Numbered from the stretch's first letter, positions 30,653 to 40,850 are shown. The stretch is DNA of 64,000 nt from Candidatus Omnitrophota bacterium (GCA_018817585.1 JAHITE010000125.1:12580-76579), one strand, 5' to 3'. The notes: generated by a model from the sequence alone, not told the origin. Numbers and translations are program-made.

Positions 30653-31689
30653 TTAGGGTTCTAGTTGTTGATGATTCAGCCTTGATGCGCAGGAAGATAA
30701 CAGAGATATTAGCATCAGATAAGGAAATTGATGTTATTGATTTTGCCAAAACAGGTGCTGACGCGATTAAAAAAGTAGTTCAATTAAAACCGGATGTTAT
30801 TACCATGGATATTGCCATGCCTGATATTGATGGATTAACCGCGCTTACATATATAATGAACGAAGTTCCCACGCCAGTTGTAATTATTAGCGCGAATGTC
30901 GCGCCAGGAAGCGCTAACGCGTTAAGAGCCGCTGAATTGGGAGCCGTGGATACTATTCTTAAACCTAGTGGTGAGATTTCAGTAGATATTGATATTCTTA
31001 GTAAAGAAATTATTAGTAAAGTTAAAACAGCAAGCCGGGTAGATGTAAATAGAGTGCAAGCTTTTTTAAATAGAATAATACAGCCTTCGGGAGTCTCGGG
31101 GGGGGGAAGTTCAAATTTAAAGCATATTGTTGCTATTGGCGCTTCAACCGGAGGGCCGAAAGCGATAAAAGAAATACTTCCTTACTTATCCCCTGATTCA
31201 GAGGCGGCCTTTTTAATTGTTCAGCATATGCCAGCGGCTTTTATTAAGTCAATGGCTCAACGAATGGATTGGATTTCCAAAATTAAAGTAAAGGAAGCTC
31301 ATCATGGAGATATTATAAAGCAGGGAGTGGCTTATCTTGCTCCCGGAGATTTCCATATGATTGTTTCGATGGATAACAATATTCCTACTATTAGACTTAA
31401 TACTGATCCTAAGGTGCATAGTGTTAGACCATCAGTAAGTGTTATGATGAACTCTGCAGCTGAGTGCTTTGGCAATAAAACGATTGGAGTTTTACTTACG
31501 GGAATGGGGCAAGATGGGGTGGAAGGAATGAGAAATATTAAAAGAGTTGGCGGAATCACTTTAGCTGAAGATGAGTCTACTTGTGTTGTTTTTGGAATGC
31601 CGCGCGTTGCTATACAAGAAGGTGTTGTAGATAAAGTTATTCCTCTTGGATATATGGGTATTGAAATAATGAAGCAGATTAGCATATAA
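30649..31689 (+). CDS. cheB: chemotaxis methylesterase/response regulator CheB
   Basis: 346 aa; receiver VLVVDDSALMRR...DIAMP plus methylesterase GASTGGPKAI and GMGQDG motifs. Confidence 0.92.
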   Translation: MIRVLVVDDSALMRRKITEILASDKEIDVIDFAKTGADAIKKVVQLKPDVITMDIAMPDIDGLTALTYIMNEVPTPVVIISANVAPGSANALRAAELGAVDTILKPSGEISVDIDILSKEIISKVKTASRVDVNRVQAFLNRIIQPSGVSGGGSSNLKHIVAIGASTGGPKAIKEILPYLSPDSEAAFLIVQHMPAAFIKSMAQRMDWISKIKVKEAHHGDIIKQGVAYLAPGDFHMIVSMDNNIPTIRLNTDPKVHSVRPSVSVMMNSAAECFGNKTIGVLLTGMGQDGVEGMRNIKRVGGITLAEDESTCVVFGMPRVAIQEGVVDKVIPLGYMGIEIMKQISI

Positions 31690-31704
31690 GAAGGATTTTA
31701 CTTT

Positions 31705-33717
31705 ATGGGAGTAGAGCAATATAAGGATTTATTTGTCGCTGAATCTGAAGAACATCTGCAGATTATTAATAATTCTGTGCTTAGCCTTGAAAAAGACCCG
31801 GCAAATATAACTATTTTAAATGAAATTTTCCGCAGCGCGCATACCTTAAAAGGTATGTCCGCGACAATGGGATTTGAATCGTTAACTCGGCTTACCCATA
31901 AAATGGAAGATGTTCTTGATATATTCCGTAGTCAAAAAATTCCAGTTACAACAGAAATAGTAGATAAGCTTTTTAGTTGTCTGGATATTCTTCAAATGCT
32001 GCTTGAGGAAATTAAAACAGGAGAAGATCTTAATTTAGATATAGAGTCTATTATTCTGCAGCTTCAAAGTGTCACGCCTAATATTTCGGCAGCTGGTTTA
32101 GATAGAGCAGCAGCTGAAAAAAAAGAGCTGTTGATAACAGCTCTGGAAAAAGAGCACCTTCTTAATGCTCTTAAAAATAAAGATATTAGGATTTATAAAA
32201 TTAATATTTTTCTTAGTCAAGATTGTCAATTAAAATCTGTTCGTGCTTTTATGGTTTTTAATAAATTGAATTCAATCGGAGAAATAATCAAAGCAGTACC
32301 TTCAATAGAAGATTTAGAGTCAAATCATTTTGGCTTATCTTTCTGTTTGTTGCTTATGACAAATAGCCTGGCTAAAAAGTTAGAACAAATATTATATAAT
32401 GTTATGGAAGTTGAAAAGGTGTCGCTGACTCAAATAAAAGATATTAACGATTTACCGCTGGAAAAAACAGAAGAACTGAAAGTTAAAGATAATGCTCAGA
32501 AAGTTCCTTCTGATGTTGACTTATCTCAGCAAAAAGATTTAGCTAAGCAATTTGGTTTTAAAAAAATTCAAAGCATTAGAGTTAGTACTCAACGTTTGGA
32601 TAAAATGATGAATTTTGTGGGGGAATTAGTAATTTCTAAAATTCGTTTAATGCAGATAGCCAAGACTCATCAATTAAAGCCTTTAAGTGAAATATTAACC
32701 AATATTGATCGTTTGACCAGTGACTTGCAGGATGAAGTTATGCAGGCTAGACTTATTCCCATGGCTCAGGTCTTTGACCGTTTTCCGCGAATGGTGAGGG
32801 ATTTAGCCCGAAGTGAAAAAAAACAAATAAATTTTGATGTTTCGGGAGGAGAAATAGAACTCGATAGAACAGTGCTTGATGAGATAGCAGATCCCTTGGT
32901 TCATCTTCTGCGCAATAGCGTTGATCATGGGATAGAATTGCCTAATGTTCGTAAGGAAAATAATAAAAACCCGGTTGGGACTATAAAGTTGAGCGCGTAT
33001 AGAGAAAGAACCTTTGTTTTAATTGAAGTATCTGATGATGGAAAAGGCATCGATCCTGAAACTATTCGTGTAGTTGCTTTAAATAAAGGATTTATGACTG
33101 ACGATGAACTCGCGAAACTTAATGATAGAGATATTCTTAACCTTATAACAATGCCTGGTTTTAGTTCAACTTCAGAAATAACTGATACTTCTGGTCGGGG
33201 TGTGGGCATGGATGTTGTAAAGATGAAGATTGAGGCTCTTGGCGGAAGCTTAGTGTTTGACTCTGAATTGGGAAAAGGAAGTAATTTTAAACTAAAGCTG
33301 CCGCTTACAGTAGCGATAATTCGGGCAATGTTGGTGGAAATAAACAAGGAAATATACGCGACTCCAATTGGCAGTATTGTAGAAGCAGTAAAGGTTTCTA
33401 AAAAAAGAATCAAGCATATAGAAAAATTCGAAGTAATTAATTTGCGGGATGAAGTACTTCCGCTTGTAAGATTGGAAAAGATTTTAGGTGTGCCTGCTCG
33501 AGCGGAAGAAATCCCTAGGGAAGAGATTTCTATAGTAGTTGTTGATAATGCCGGGAAAAAGGCAGGATTAGTTGTTGATCGGGTGGTGGGGCAGCAAGAA
33601 GTTGTAATCAAGACGGTGGGTTCTTTATTAAAAGGAATAAAAGGATTCTCTGGGGCAACAATTTTAGGTGATGGAAGCGTGGCTTTGATTCTGGATGTTG
33701 CTTCATTAGTTGGCTAG
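31705..33717 (+). CDS. cheA: chemotaxis histidine kinase CheA
   Basis: 670 aa; HPt HTLKGMSATMGF, dimerisation domain, HATPase GRGVGMDVVK, C-terminal CheW-like domain. Confidence 0.95.
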   Translation: MGVEQYKDLFVAESEEHLQIINNSVLSLEKDPANITILNEIFRSAHTLKGMSATMGFESLTRLTHKMEDVLDIFRSQKIPVTTEIVDKLFSCLDILQMLLEEIKTGEDLNLDIESIILQLQSVTPNISAAGLDRAAAEKKELLITALEKEHLLNALKNKDIRIYKINIFLSQDCQLKSVRAFMVFNKLNSIGEIIKAVPSIEDLESNHFGLSFCLLLMTNSLAKKLEQILYNVMEVEKVSLTQIKDINDLPLEKTEELKVKDNAQKVPSDVDLSQQKDLAKQFGFKKIQSIRVSTQRLDKMMNFVGELVISKIRLMQIAKTHQLKPLSEILTNIDRLTSDLQDEVMQARLIPMAQVFDRFPRMVRDLARSEKKQINFDVSGGEIELDRTVLDEIADPLVHLLRNSVDHGIELPNVRKENNKNPVGTIKLSAYRERTFVLIEVSDDGKGIDPETIRVVALNKGFMTDDELAKLNDRDILNLITMPGFSSTSEITDTSGRGVGMDVVKMKIEALGGSLVFDSELGKGSNFKLKLPLTVAIIRAMLVEINKEIYATPIGSIVEAVKVSKKRIKHIEKFEVINLRDEVLPLVRLEKILGVPARAEEIPREEISIVVVDNAGKKAGLVVDRVVGQQEVVIKTVGSLLKGIKGFSGATILGDGSVALILDVASLVG

Positions 33718-34354
33718 ATTAAATGGGGTTTATGTTTTATTAGGAGGATTAAAAATGGCTGAGTTAACAAGTGTTCAACTCGATGCTTTAAAAGAGATGG
33801 GTAACATTGGGGCGGGGAACGCGGCAACTTCGCTTGCTCAGTTAATTGGGGAAATGGTTAGTAGTAGCGTTCCTGAAGTAAATGTAATGCCTATTGCATC
33901 TGTTGCTCAAGCTCTGGGGGGAGAGGAAAAACAGGTTTATATTATTTATTTGGAAGTTGAAAAAGATATGCAAGGAACAATGCTGACTATTTTCTCAGAG
34001 GAGACAGCCATCTTCTTTGTTAAAAAACTATTAGGTTCGATTGAAATCGATATGACATCAGATATTGCTCAATCAGCATTAAAGGAAGCAGGATCTATTC
34101 TTTGCGGATCTTATTTAAGCGCGCTTAGTCAGCTTGTTAACATGAGTTCTGTGGCTACGGTTCCAGCGATGGCTTTTGACATGCTGGGGGCTATGCTTGA
34201 TTTTGTTTTAGTGGAGATTGGACAAATAGCGGATGAAGTTTTTTTAGTGAATACAGAGCTGTATGTATCTCAAAAAAAACTGGAATGTTCTCAACTTTTT
34301 TTACCAAAACCAGATACTTTAGAAAAAATACTTACTTCACTCGGAATGATGTGA
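33710..34354 (+). CDS. second CheC/CheX-family phosphatase
   Basis: 214 aa; first motif LKEMGNIGAGNAATSL intact; second site (KEAGSILCGSYLSAL) lacks the Asn. Confidence 0.7.
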   Translation: MARLNGVYVLLGGLKMAELTSVQLDALKEMGNIGAGNAATSLAQLIGEMVSSSVPEVNVMPIASVAQALGGEEKQVYIIYLEVEKDMQGTMLTIFSEETAIFFVKKLLGSIEIDMTSDIAQSALKEAGSILCGSYLSALSQLVNMSSVATVPAMAFDMLGAMLDFVLVEIGQIADEVFLVNTELYVSQKKLECSQLFLPKPDTLEKILTSLGMM

Positions 34355-34362
34355 GAGAAAAT

Positions 34363-36513
34363 ATGGATAATGTCGGAGATGATTTAATTTTCGCGCTGGA
34401 TATCGGAACGCGCAAGGTAGTGGGTATTATTGCCAAGAAACGAGATGATGTGATCCATATTTTAGATGTGGAAAAAGTCGAACATCAAACTAGAAATATG
34501 CTTGATGGGCAGATTCATAATATTAATGAAGTGGCAAAAATAGTAAAAAATATAAAAGAGACATTGGAAAAAAGAGCGGGACAGTCTTTATCTAAGGTAG
34601 GAGTTGCTGTAGCCGGGAGAGCGCTTAAGACCGTAAAGGCAAAAGTTTCAAAAGAGCTTTCTTTGAATAATGAAATTACTGAAGGTGATGTGCTAAATTT
34701 AGACTTAGAAGCGGTTAGCAGTATTTTAAAGAACGCGGATAGTGATGGTCATGAGGATTTTTATTGTGTAGGTTACAGCGTTGTTTGTTATCAGCTTGAT
34801 TCTGAGGTAATCGGCGACTTAGTAGGGCATTTTGGTAAGAGTATGGGCGTTGAGGTTATAGCTACATTCTTACCGCGAGTAGTTTTGGATAGTATGTTAA
34901 GTGTGTTGCGCAGGGCAGGCCTTGAAGTAAGTAATCTTACTCTTGAGCCGATCGCGGCTTTAAACGCGATTATTCCTAAAGATATAAGACGCTTAAATTT
35001 AGTCCTTTTAGATATAGGGGCAGGGACTTCTGATGTAGCTCTTACTAAAGACGGTAGTGTGTTTGCCTATGGCATGGTTCCTGAAGCGGGTGATGAAATC
35101 ACGGAGTTAATCTGCGAGAAATTCATTCTTGATTTTAATACTGCTGAAAATGTGAAAAGACAGATATCTATAAAAGAAAAAGTTTCATTTAAAGATATAT
35201 TAGGCAAAGAACATAATCTAGCATCAGTAGATATTATTAATATGATTAAGCCTAGAGTCGCAAAGCTGGCTGAGTCCATAGCCAATCGAGTGCTTGAGCT
35301 TAATAAAAAAGTTCCGAATGCTGCTATTTTAGTTGGAGGGGGAAGCTTGACTCCTCTTTTTGATCAACAACTTTCTCTTGCTTTTCCTCTTGATTTATCA
35401 AATATAGGTGTACGTTTGCCGGAAATGGTTTCAAATATTATAGATAAATCGGGTAAACTAAATAGTCCGGAAATGGTTACTCCCCTAGGGATTTGTATAA
35501 TGACGGCTAATTCTACGGGTTTGAAATTTCTGGAAATATATGTTAATGAAAAAAGAGTTAATGTATTAGATATGCAGCAAAGTCTGGATGTTTTGAGCGC
35601 GCTTGTGGTTGCCGGTGTTAATAAAATGAAGTTATATGGCAGAATAGGAAGGGCTATTTGTGTTGAAGTTAATGGTAAATTAACAGTAATAAAAGGTGAA
35701 ATGGGCAAGCCTGCTGAAATAAAGCTGAACGACCAATATGCTGACCTTACAACAAAAATAAAAAGTGGAGATAAAATATCTTTTAAAGACGCGGTTGACG
35801 GTTTAGACGCGCAGGCAATTATCGGCGATATTGTTGGGATTAAGCCTTTAAATATTAAGTTGAATGATCAATCTATTAAAATTATGCCCAAGGTTACGAT
35901 TAATGGAGATCCGGCGGATCTTTCTGCTAATTTACCGGATAGAGCAGTTATTCAGATTATGCCGACAGTTACAGCCAGGGATGTTTTAGAGTTAATGAAT
36001 CTTAATCTCGAAGAATTGCAGGTAAGAGAGATAGTGGTTAGAGTCAATAAAGAACCTAAGGTTATATCGCAAAGTAGTTTTTCGCTGCTTATTAATGGAC
36101 TGAAAGCGGGATTATCTTCTAATTTATCAGAAGGCAGTGTTATTGAATTTGAGAAAGATAAACATATATTTTATAAGATTAAGGATATTGTTGAAATGCC
36201 TGCTAGCGCAGAAGATGTAGAGATTATTTTGAATGGACAGAAGCATGTTTTAAAAGGAGCTCCAGGCAAAATTTATATGAACGGTCAGCTTGTAGGCCCA
36301 GAGGAGTTTATTATTGATCGAGCAGAGATTATTACAAGCGCAGGAGGAACTTTGCCGCCAACAGTTGTGCAGATCTTAGAGTGCCTGCCTATAAGTATTG
36401 AAGATCAAAGAGGTAAACAATTGAAAATTATGGTTAACGGCAATCCTGGAGGATTTACAACCCCACTTTATAATGGTGCGAATATTAGCATAGATTTTTT
36501 AGACAGGTATTAA
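34363..36513 (+). CDS. actin-like (FtsA/PilM/MreB-fold) ATPase fused to about five tandem beta-grasp-like repeats
   Basis: ORF-track start 34285 overlaps cheC2; the ATG at 34363 gives MDNVGDDLIFALDIGTRKVVGII (actin-fold phosphate-1), later LLDIGAGTSDVALT (phosphate-2) and VGGGSLTPL (adenosine motif); C-terminal ~390 aa made of ~75-aa repeats with an I-x-V-NG-x core. Confidence 0.5.
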   Translation: MDNVGDDLIFALDIGTRKVVGIIAKKRDDVIHILDVEKVEHQTRNMLDGQIHNINEVAKIVKNIKETLEKRAGQSLSKVGVAVAGRALKTVKAKVSKELSLNNEITEGDVLNLDLEAVSSILKNADSDGHEDFYCVGYSVVCYQLDSEVIGDLVGHFGKSMGVEVIATFLPRVVLDSMLSVLRRAGLEVSNLTLEPIAALNAIIPKDIRRLNLVLLDIGAGTSDVALTKDGSVFAYGMVPEAGDEITELICEKFILDFNTAENVKRQISIKEKVSFKDILGKEHNLASVDIINMIKPRVAKLAESIANRVLELNKKVPNAAILVGGGSLTPLFDQQLSLAFPLDLSNIGVRLPEMVSNIIDKSGKLNSPEMVTPLGICIMTANSTGLKFLEIYVNEKRVNVLDMQQSLDVLSALVVAGVNKMKLYGRIGRAICVEVNGKLTVIKGEMGKPAEIKLNDQYADLTTKIKSGDKISFKDAVDGLDAQAIIGDIVGIKPLNIKLNDQSIKIMPKVTINGDPADLSANLPDRAVIQIMPTVTARDVLELMNLNLEELQVREIVVRVNKEPKVISQSSFSLLINGLKAGLSSNLSEGSVIEFEKDKHIFYKIKDIVEMPASAEDVEIILNGQKHVLKGAPGKIYMNGQLVGPEEFIIDRAEIITSAGGTLPPTVVQILECLPISIEDQRGKQLKIMVNGNPGGFTTPLYNGANISIDFLDRY

Positions 36514-36649
36514 TGTTTTTAATTTCTGCAGTTGATTCCTTCTGATCAGAGCTTTTAAGTAGATCGATATATTTTTATAAGTACTTATTTCGCAACGTAT
36601 TAAATAAAAAAAAGCATATTCTTAGAGTAATATTTATTAAGCTTAGCTA

Positions 36650-36678
36650 TTGACGCGGCTTTTTAAATGCGTTATTAT
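36650..36678 (+). promoter_or_regulatory. sigma70-type promoter of topA
   Basis: TTGACG - 17 nt - TATTAT, 25 nt upstream of ATG 36703. Confidence 0.5.
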
Positions 36679-36702
36679 AGCTAAAAATAAAAAAGGGTAA
36701 AA

Positions 36703-38700
36703 TTGATGAAAAATTTAGTTATAGTCGAATCTCCGACCAAAGCAAGGACAATCGGCAAAATTCTGGGAAAGAATTACGCGGTTTATTCTTCTATGGGGCA
36801 TATTATTGATTTACCGCGCCGTAAAATAGGTGTTGATGTTGAGCAAGATTTTGCTCCGACTTATGTTGTTATTCCTGGCAAGAAAAAGACTTTGGCTCAA
36901 TTAAAAAAAGAGGTAAAAACCTCTGAAGTTATTTATTTGGCTACTGATCAAGACCGTGAAGGCGAAGCAATCAGCTGGCATTTACAGGAACGTTTACAGG
37001 ATAAGAAAAAAACCCGTAAGTTTCTTCGGGTGGTGTTTCATGAAATAACTCCGGACGCGATTAAGCAGGCATTTAAAAATCCCAGCCAGTTAGATCTGAA
37101 CATGGTTAACGCGCAGCAGGCAAGACGCGTTTTAGACAGGGTTGTTGGTTATTTTTTAAGTCCATTATTATGGAAAAAAGTAGCTAAAGGATTAAGTGCC
37201 GGCAGGGTGCAATCAGTATCTTTAAAGCTTATCGTTATCAGAGAGCGTCAAATTCAGGACTTTGTTCCCGAGGAATATTGGAAGGTAGAAGCAAATTTAA
37301 AGCGCCAGAAAGATGGTTTTGAAGAGTTTACAGCAGAACTGGTTAAATGCGATGGCCAGAAGATTGAACTGGCAAAGCAGGAGCAGGTATCGGGGATTGT
37401 GCAGGATTTAGAAAAAGCGGAATATACTGTTTCTTCAGTTAAAAATAAAGAAAAGAAACGTAATCCTTATCCCCCGTTTATAACCAGTACGTTACAGCAG
37501 GATGCTTTTAATAAACTTAAGTATACCGCGCGTAAGACAATGCTCATTGCCCAGCAGCTGTATGAAGGCATTGACCTTGGGCAGCAGGATCCGATCGGGC
37601 TTATTAGTTATATGCGTACTGATTCTGTGAAAATTGCTGATGTGGCTTTAGTCCAGATCAGACAATATATCAAGGATAACTTTGGCCAGGCCTATTTACC
37701 AGCAAAGCCTAATGTTTATAAATCAAAAAAATCCGCGCAGGAAGCGCATGAAGCAATAAGACCGACATCTATTGAGCGGACTCCTTCCCAGATGCAGTCT
37801 TTTTTAAGTCAGGAACAATATAAGCTTTATGAACTTATCTGGAAAAGGACGGTTGCTTCTCAAATGCAATCAGCTGTTTATATGGTTAATACAATCGAAA
37901 TCGCGGCCGGAAAGTATTTGTTTAGTGCCAGCGGATCAGTGATTACCTTCGAAGGTTTTTTAAAGGCTTATCAGGAAGACTTAAAAGAAAAAGAGAATTT
38001 AATCCCGGAAATATTCAAGGGCGAAATTTTAACATTACTTAAATTAATGCCCAGTCAGCATTTTACCAGACCTCCGGCTAGATATTCCGAATCATCTCTG
38101 GTTAAGGCTTTGGAAGAAGAAGGTATTGGCCGTCCAAGTACATATGCTCCGATTGTTCATACCTTAATTTTTCGTAATTATATCCGCAGGGAAAAAGGTT
38201 ATCTTACTTGTACGGAATTGGGGATGAAGGTAACTGATATCTTAGTCGAATATTTCCCGAATATTATTGATGTAGCTTTTACCGCGGCAATGGAGGAAGA
38301 GCTGGATAAAGTAGAGGAAGGAAAACTTGATTGGGTAAAAGCGTTGAAAGATTTTTACACTCCGTTTAAGGAAAAACTTACCTTTGCTCAGACAAATTTA
38401 AAAAAAGAAGTTGTGGAAACTGATGAAAATTGCGAAAAGTGCGGTAAGCCGATGGTTATCAAATGGTCACGTTCTGGAAAATTTTTAAGCTGTTCGGGTT
38501 TTCCGGATTGTCGTAACGCGAAATCAATATCTTTAGGCGTGAAATGTCCTCAGCCAGAATGTAATGGAGATCTTATTCTGCGCAGATCAAAAAGAGGCAT
38601 GCAATTTTATGGCTGCAGTAATTATCCTAAATGCACATATATTGCGAAAACATTGCCGACAACAGACCGTCAAGTAACGGATGATTTGCAGGATGGATAA
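36703..38700 (+). CDS. topA: DNA topoisomerase I
   Basis: 665 aa; Toprim LVIVESPTKARTI, active-site region, C-terminal zinc ribbons (CEKCGKPM..C..C). Confidence 0.92.
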   Translation: MMKNLVIVESPTKARTIGKILGKNYAVYSSMGHIIDLPRRKIGVDVEQDFAPTYVVIPGKKKTLAQLKKEVKTSEVIYLATDQDREGEAISWHLQERLQDKKKTRKFLRVVFHEITPDAIKQAFKNPSQLDLNMVNAQQARRVLDRVVGYFLSPLLWKKVAKGLSAGRVQSVSLKLIVIRERQIQDFVPEEYWKVEANLKRQKDGFEEFTAELVKCDGQKIELAKQEQVSGIVQDLEKAEYTVSSVKNKEKKRNPYPPFITSTLQQDAFNKLKYTARKTMLIAQQLYEGIDLGQQDPIGLISYMRTDSVKIADVALVQIRQYIKDNFGQAYLPAKPNVYKSKKSAQEAHEAIRPTSIERTPSQMQSFLSQEQYKLYELIWKRTVASQMQSAVYMVNTIEIAAGKYLFSASGSVITFEGFLKAYQEDLKEKENLIPEIFKGEILTLLKLMPSQHFTRPPARYSESSLVKALEEEGIGRPSTYAPIVHTLIFRNYIRREKGYLTCTELGMKVTDILVEYFPNIIDVAFTAAMEEELDKVEEGKLDWVKALKDFYTPFKEKLTFAQTNLKKEVVETDENCEKCGKPMVIKWSRSGKFLSCSGFPDCRNAKSISLGVKCPQPECNGDLILRRSKRGMQFYGCSNYPKCTYIAKTLPTTDRQVTDDLQDG

Positions 38701-39567
38701 ATGGAACGTTATATTGATAAATTTCTTAATTATCTTAAGGTAGAAAAAGATTCCTCGGTACATACTCTGATTAATTACAGTGTTGATCTAAAAGAGCTTT
38801 CCTTGTTTATCGATTCTAAAGAATTAAAAGATATTGATGTTTTGGATGTGCGTAAATTTCTTGTAAGTTTGCGCCAAAAAGGATTTAAAAAAGTAACTAT
38901 TGCCAGAAAAATGGCCTGCCTCAGATCTTTTTTTAAATTTTTGTGCCGGGAAGGCCATCTAAAACTCAATCCGATGGTTGGATTAGTTGGTCCCAAACTG
39001 GATAAAAAACTACCGATTTTCTTAAGTGAAGAAGATATGTCTAAGCTGCTGGATAGTCCTGACATTAAAGATATTTTCGGATTGCGCGATAAGGCGATTT
39101 TGGAAACATTATATAGTACGGGAGTGCGGGTCAGCGAATTAGTCGGCTTAAATATAGAGCATATTGATTTTATATCAGGGGTGATTCGGGTATATGGCAA
39201 GGGAAAAAAAGAAAGATTAGCGCCGATCGGAGACGGAGCGTTAAGAGTTATTAAAAGCTATTTGCAGAAAAGAGGAAAAGATTCATCGGATAGAATTTTG
39301 TTTTTAAATAAAGACGGCCGGCGTTTAACTGACCGCAGTGTGCGTAATATTATTGATAAATACATTAAAGTCGCCAGTGTGCGCAGTGATATCTCTCCCC
39401 ATAGCTTGCGGCATTCTTTCGCGACACATCTCTTGAATAGAGGCGCTGATTTGCGATCAGTTCAGGAACTTTTAGGCCACGCGAATTTGTCGACAACTAC
39501 GATTTACACTCATCTTTCTACGGAAAAGCTTAAGAGCGTTTATGATCAGACCCATCCGCGGGCCTGA
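38701..39567 (+). CDS. tyrosine site-specific recombinase XerC/XerD family
   Basis: 288 aa; R..HxxR..Y catalytic box HSLRHSFATHLL...LLGH...IYTHL; sits immediately after topA. Confidence 0.85.
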   Translation: MERYIDKFLNYLKVEKDSSVHTLINYSVDLKELSLFIDSKELKDIDVLDVRKFLVSLRQKGFKKVTIARKMACLRSFFKFLCREGHLKLNPMVGLVGPKLDKKLPIFLSEEDMSKLLDSPDIKDIFGLRDKAILETLYSTGVRVSELVGLNIEHIDFISGVIRVYGKGKKERLAPIGDGALRVIKSYLQKRGKDSSDRILFLNKDGRRLTDRSVRNIIDKYIKVASVRSDISPHSLRHSFATHLLNRGADLRSVQELLGHANLSTTTIYTHLSTEKLKSVYDQTHPRA

Positions 39568-39587
39568 TAAAGGGTTTAGAGGATTAT

Positions 39588-40850
39588 ATGTCACTAGTAT
39601 TTAACTGTATTTATTTAATATTAGCTGTTTTTTATTTACCGGCGCTTATTTTAAAAGGCAAACATCGTTCGGGGTTTTTGCAAAGATTCGGAATCTATTC
39701 TTCTGATCTAAAACAAAGAATGGCAAAAGAAAAATTTTCGATTTGGCTGCATGCGGTTAGTGTGGGAGAAATAAAAGCCGCTGTTCCGTTAATCAAGCAA
39801 TTGCGCGAAAAAAATCCTGGTTTAAAATTAATAATTTCGACAATAACTCCGACGGGTAATAAAATTGCTCAGGATACCGCGGCTAAAGAAGATCTGGTGA
39901 TATATTTCCCTTTTGATTTAAGTTGGATTGTTAATCAGGTATTTTCTTTATTGGCTCCCCAGCTTTTACTTATTATGGAAACCGAGCTTTGGCCAAACGC
40001 GATAAATCTAGCAATAAGAAAGAATATAAAAACCGTAATCATAAACGGAAGAATTTCCGATAAAGCTTTTCCGCGCTATAAAATCGCGGCTTTTATATTT
40101 CAACCAATAATTAAAAAAATTAATTTACTCTGTATGCAGACAGAGCTTGACGCGCAAAGAATTATTGAGCTTGGGGCTGATAAACAACGCGTGCATGTAG
40201 TTGGGAATATTAAATTTGATCAGACCGCTAAAATTGATAAGCATGCTTTGTCTGATATTGGTTTAAATAAATCAGGGCGGCTTATTTTAGCTGGGAGTAC
40301 TCATGATAATGAAGAATATCAGATAGCGAAAGTTTTTAAAAAGTTAAAACAACAATTTCCGGATATTCAACTTATGTTTGCTCCACGACATCTCCAGCGG
40401 GTTAATCATGTCCGGGAAATGCTGGAAGCGGAGGGGCTGTCAGCAGTGCTAATCAGTCAGCTGAAAAATAAAGATCAGACCGCAATAAAAGATCAGGTTT
40501 TCATTTTGGATATTATGGGTGTATTAACTGATTATTATCAATTGGCAGATATTGTTTTTATCGGGGGAAGCTTGATTAAGCATGGGGGCCAAAATCCGAT
40601 TGAACCTGCCCTGCTTGGCAAACCAATTGTTTTTGGTCAATATATGTTTAATTTTAGTGAAGTGGTAAAGTTGTTTTTGGATAATCATGCCGCATTGCTT
40701 GTCAATGATTCAGAGGAGCTATTTACTTGCCTGAGAGATTTGTTGTCAAATAAAGCGAAAAGTGACAGCTTGGCTAAAAATGCGAACGAAGTGATTTCAC
40801 GAAATAAAGGCAGTGTGGGCAGGATAGTTTCTCTGCTGAGTAATATTTAA
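39588..40850 (+). CDS. waaA: 3-deoxy-D-manno-octulosonic acid (Kdo) transferase
   Basis: 420 aa; IWLHAVSVGEIKAAVPLIKQL N-domain typical of KdtA/WaaA. Confidence 0.85.
   Translation: MSLVFNCIYLILAVFYLPALILKGKHRSGFLQRFGIYSSDLKQRMAKEKFSIWLHAVSVGEIKAAVPLIKQLREKNPGLKLIISTITPTGNKIAQDTAAKEDLVIYFPFDLSWIVNQVFSLLAPQLLLIMETELWPNAINLAIRKNIKTVIINGRISDKAFPRYKIAAFIFQPIIKKINLLCMQTELDAQRIIELGADKQRVHVVGNIKFDQTAKIDKHALSDIGLNKSGRLILAGSTHDNEEYQIAKVFKKLKQQFPDIQLMFAPRHLQRVNHVREMLEAEGLSAVLISQLKNKDQTAIKDQVFILDIMGVLTDYYQLADIVFIGGSLIKHGGQNPIEPALLGKPIVFGQYMFNFSEVVKLFLDNHAALLVNDSEELFTCLRDLLSNKAKSDSLAKNANEVISRNKGSVGRIVSLLSNI

Noticed and set aside
38701-39567. The tyrosine recombinase as an integrase marking a mobile element.
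   Set aside because: It is of XerC/XerD size, is immediately adjacent to topA, and no att-like repeats, tRNA or phage genes flank it. It is most consistent with chromosome dimer resolution.
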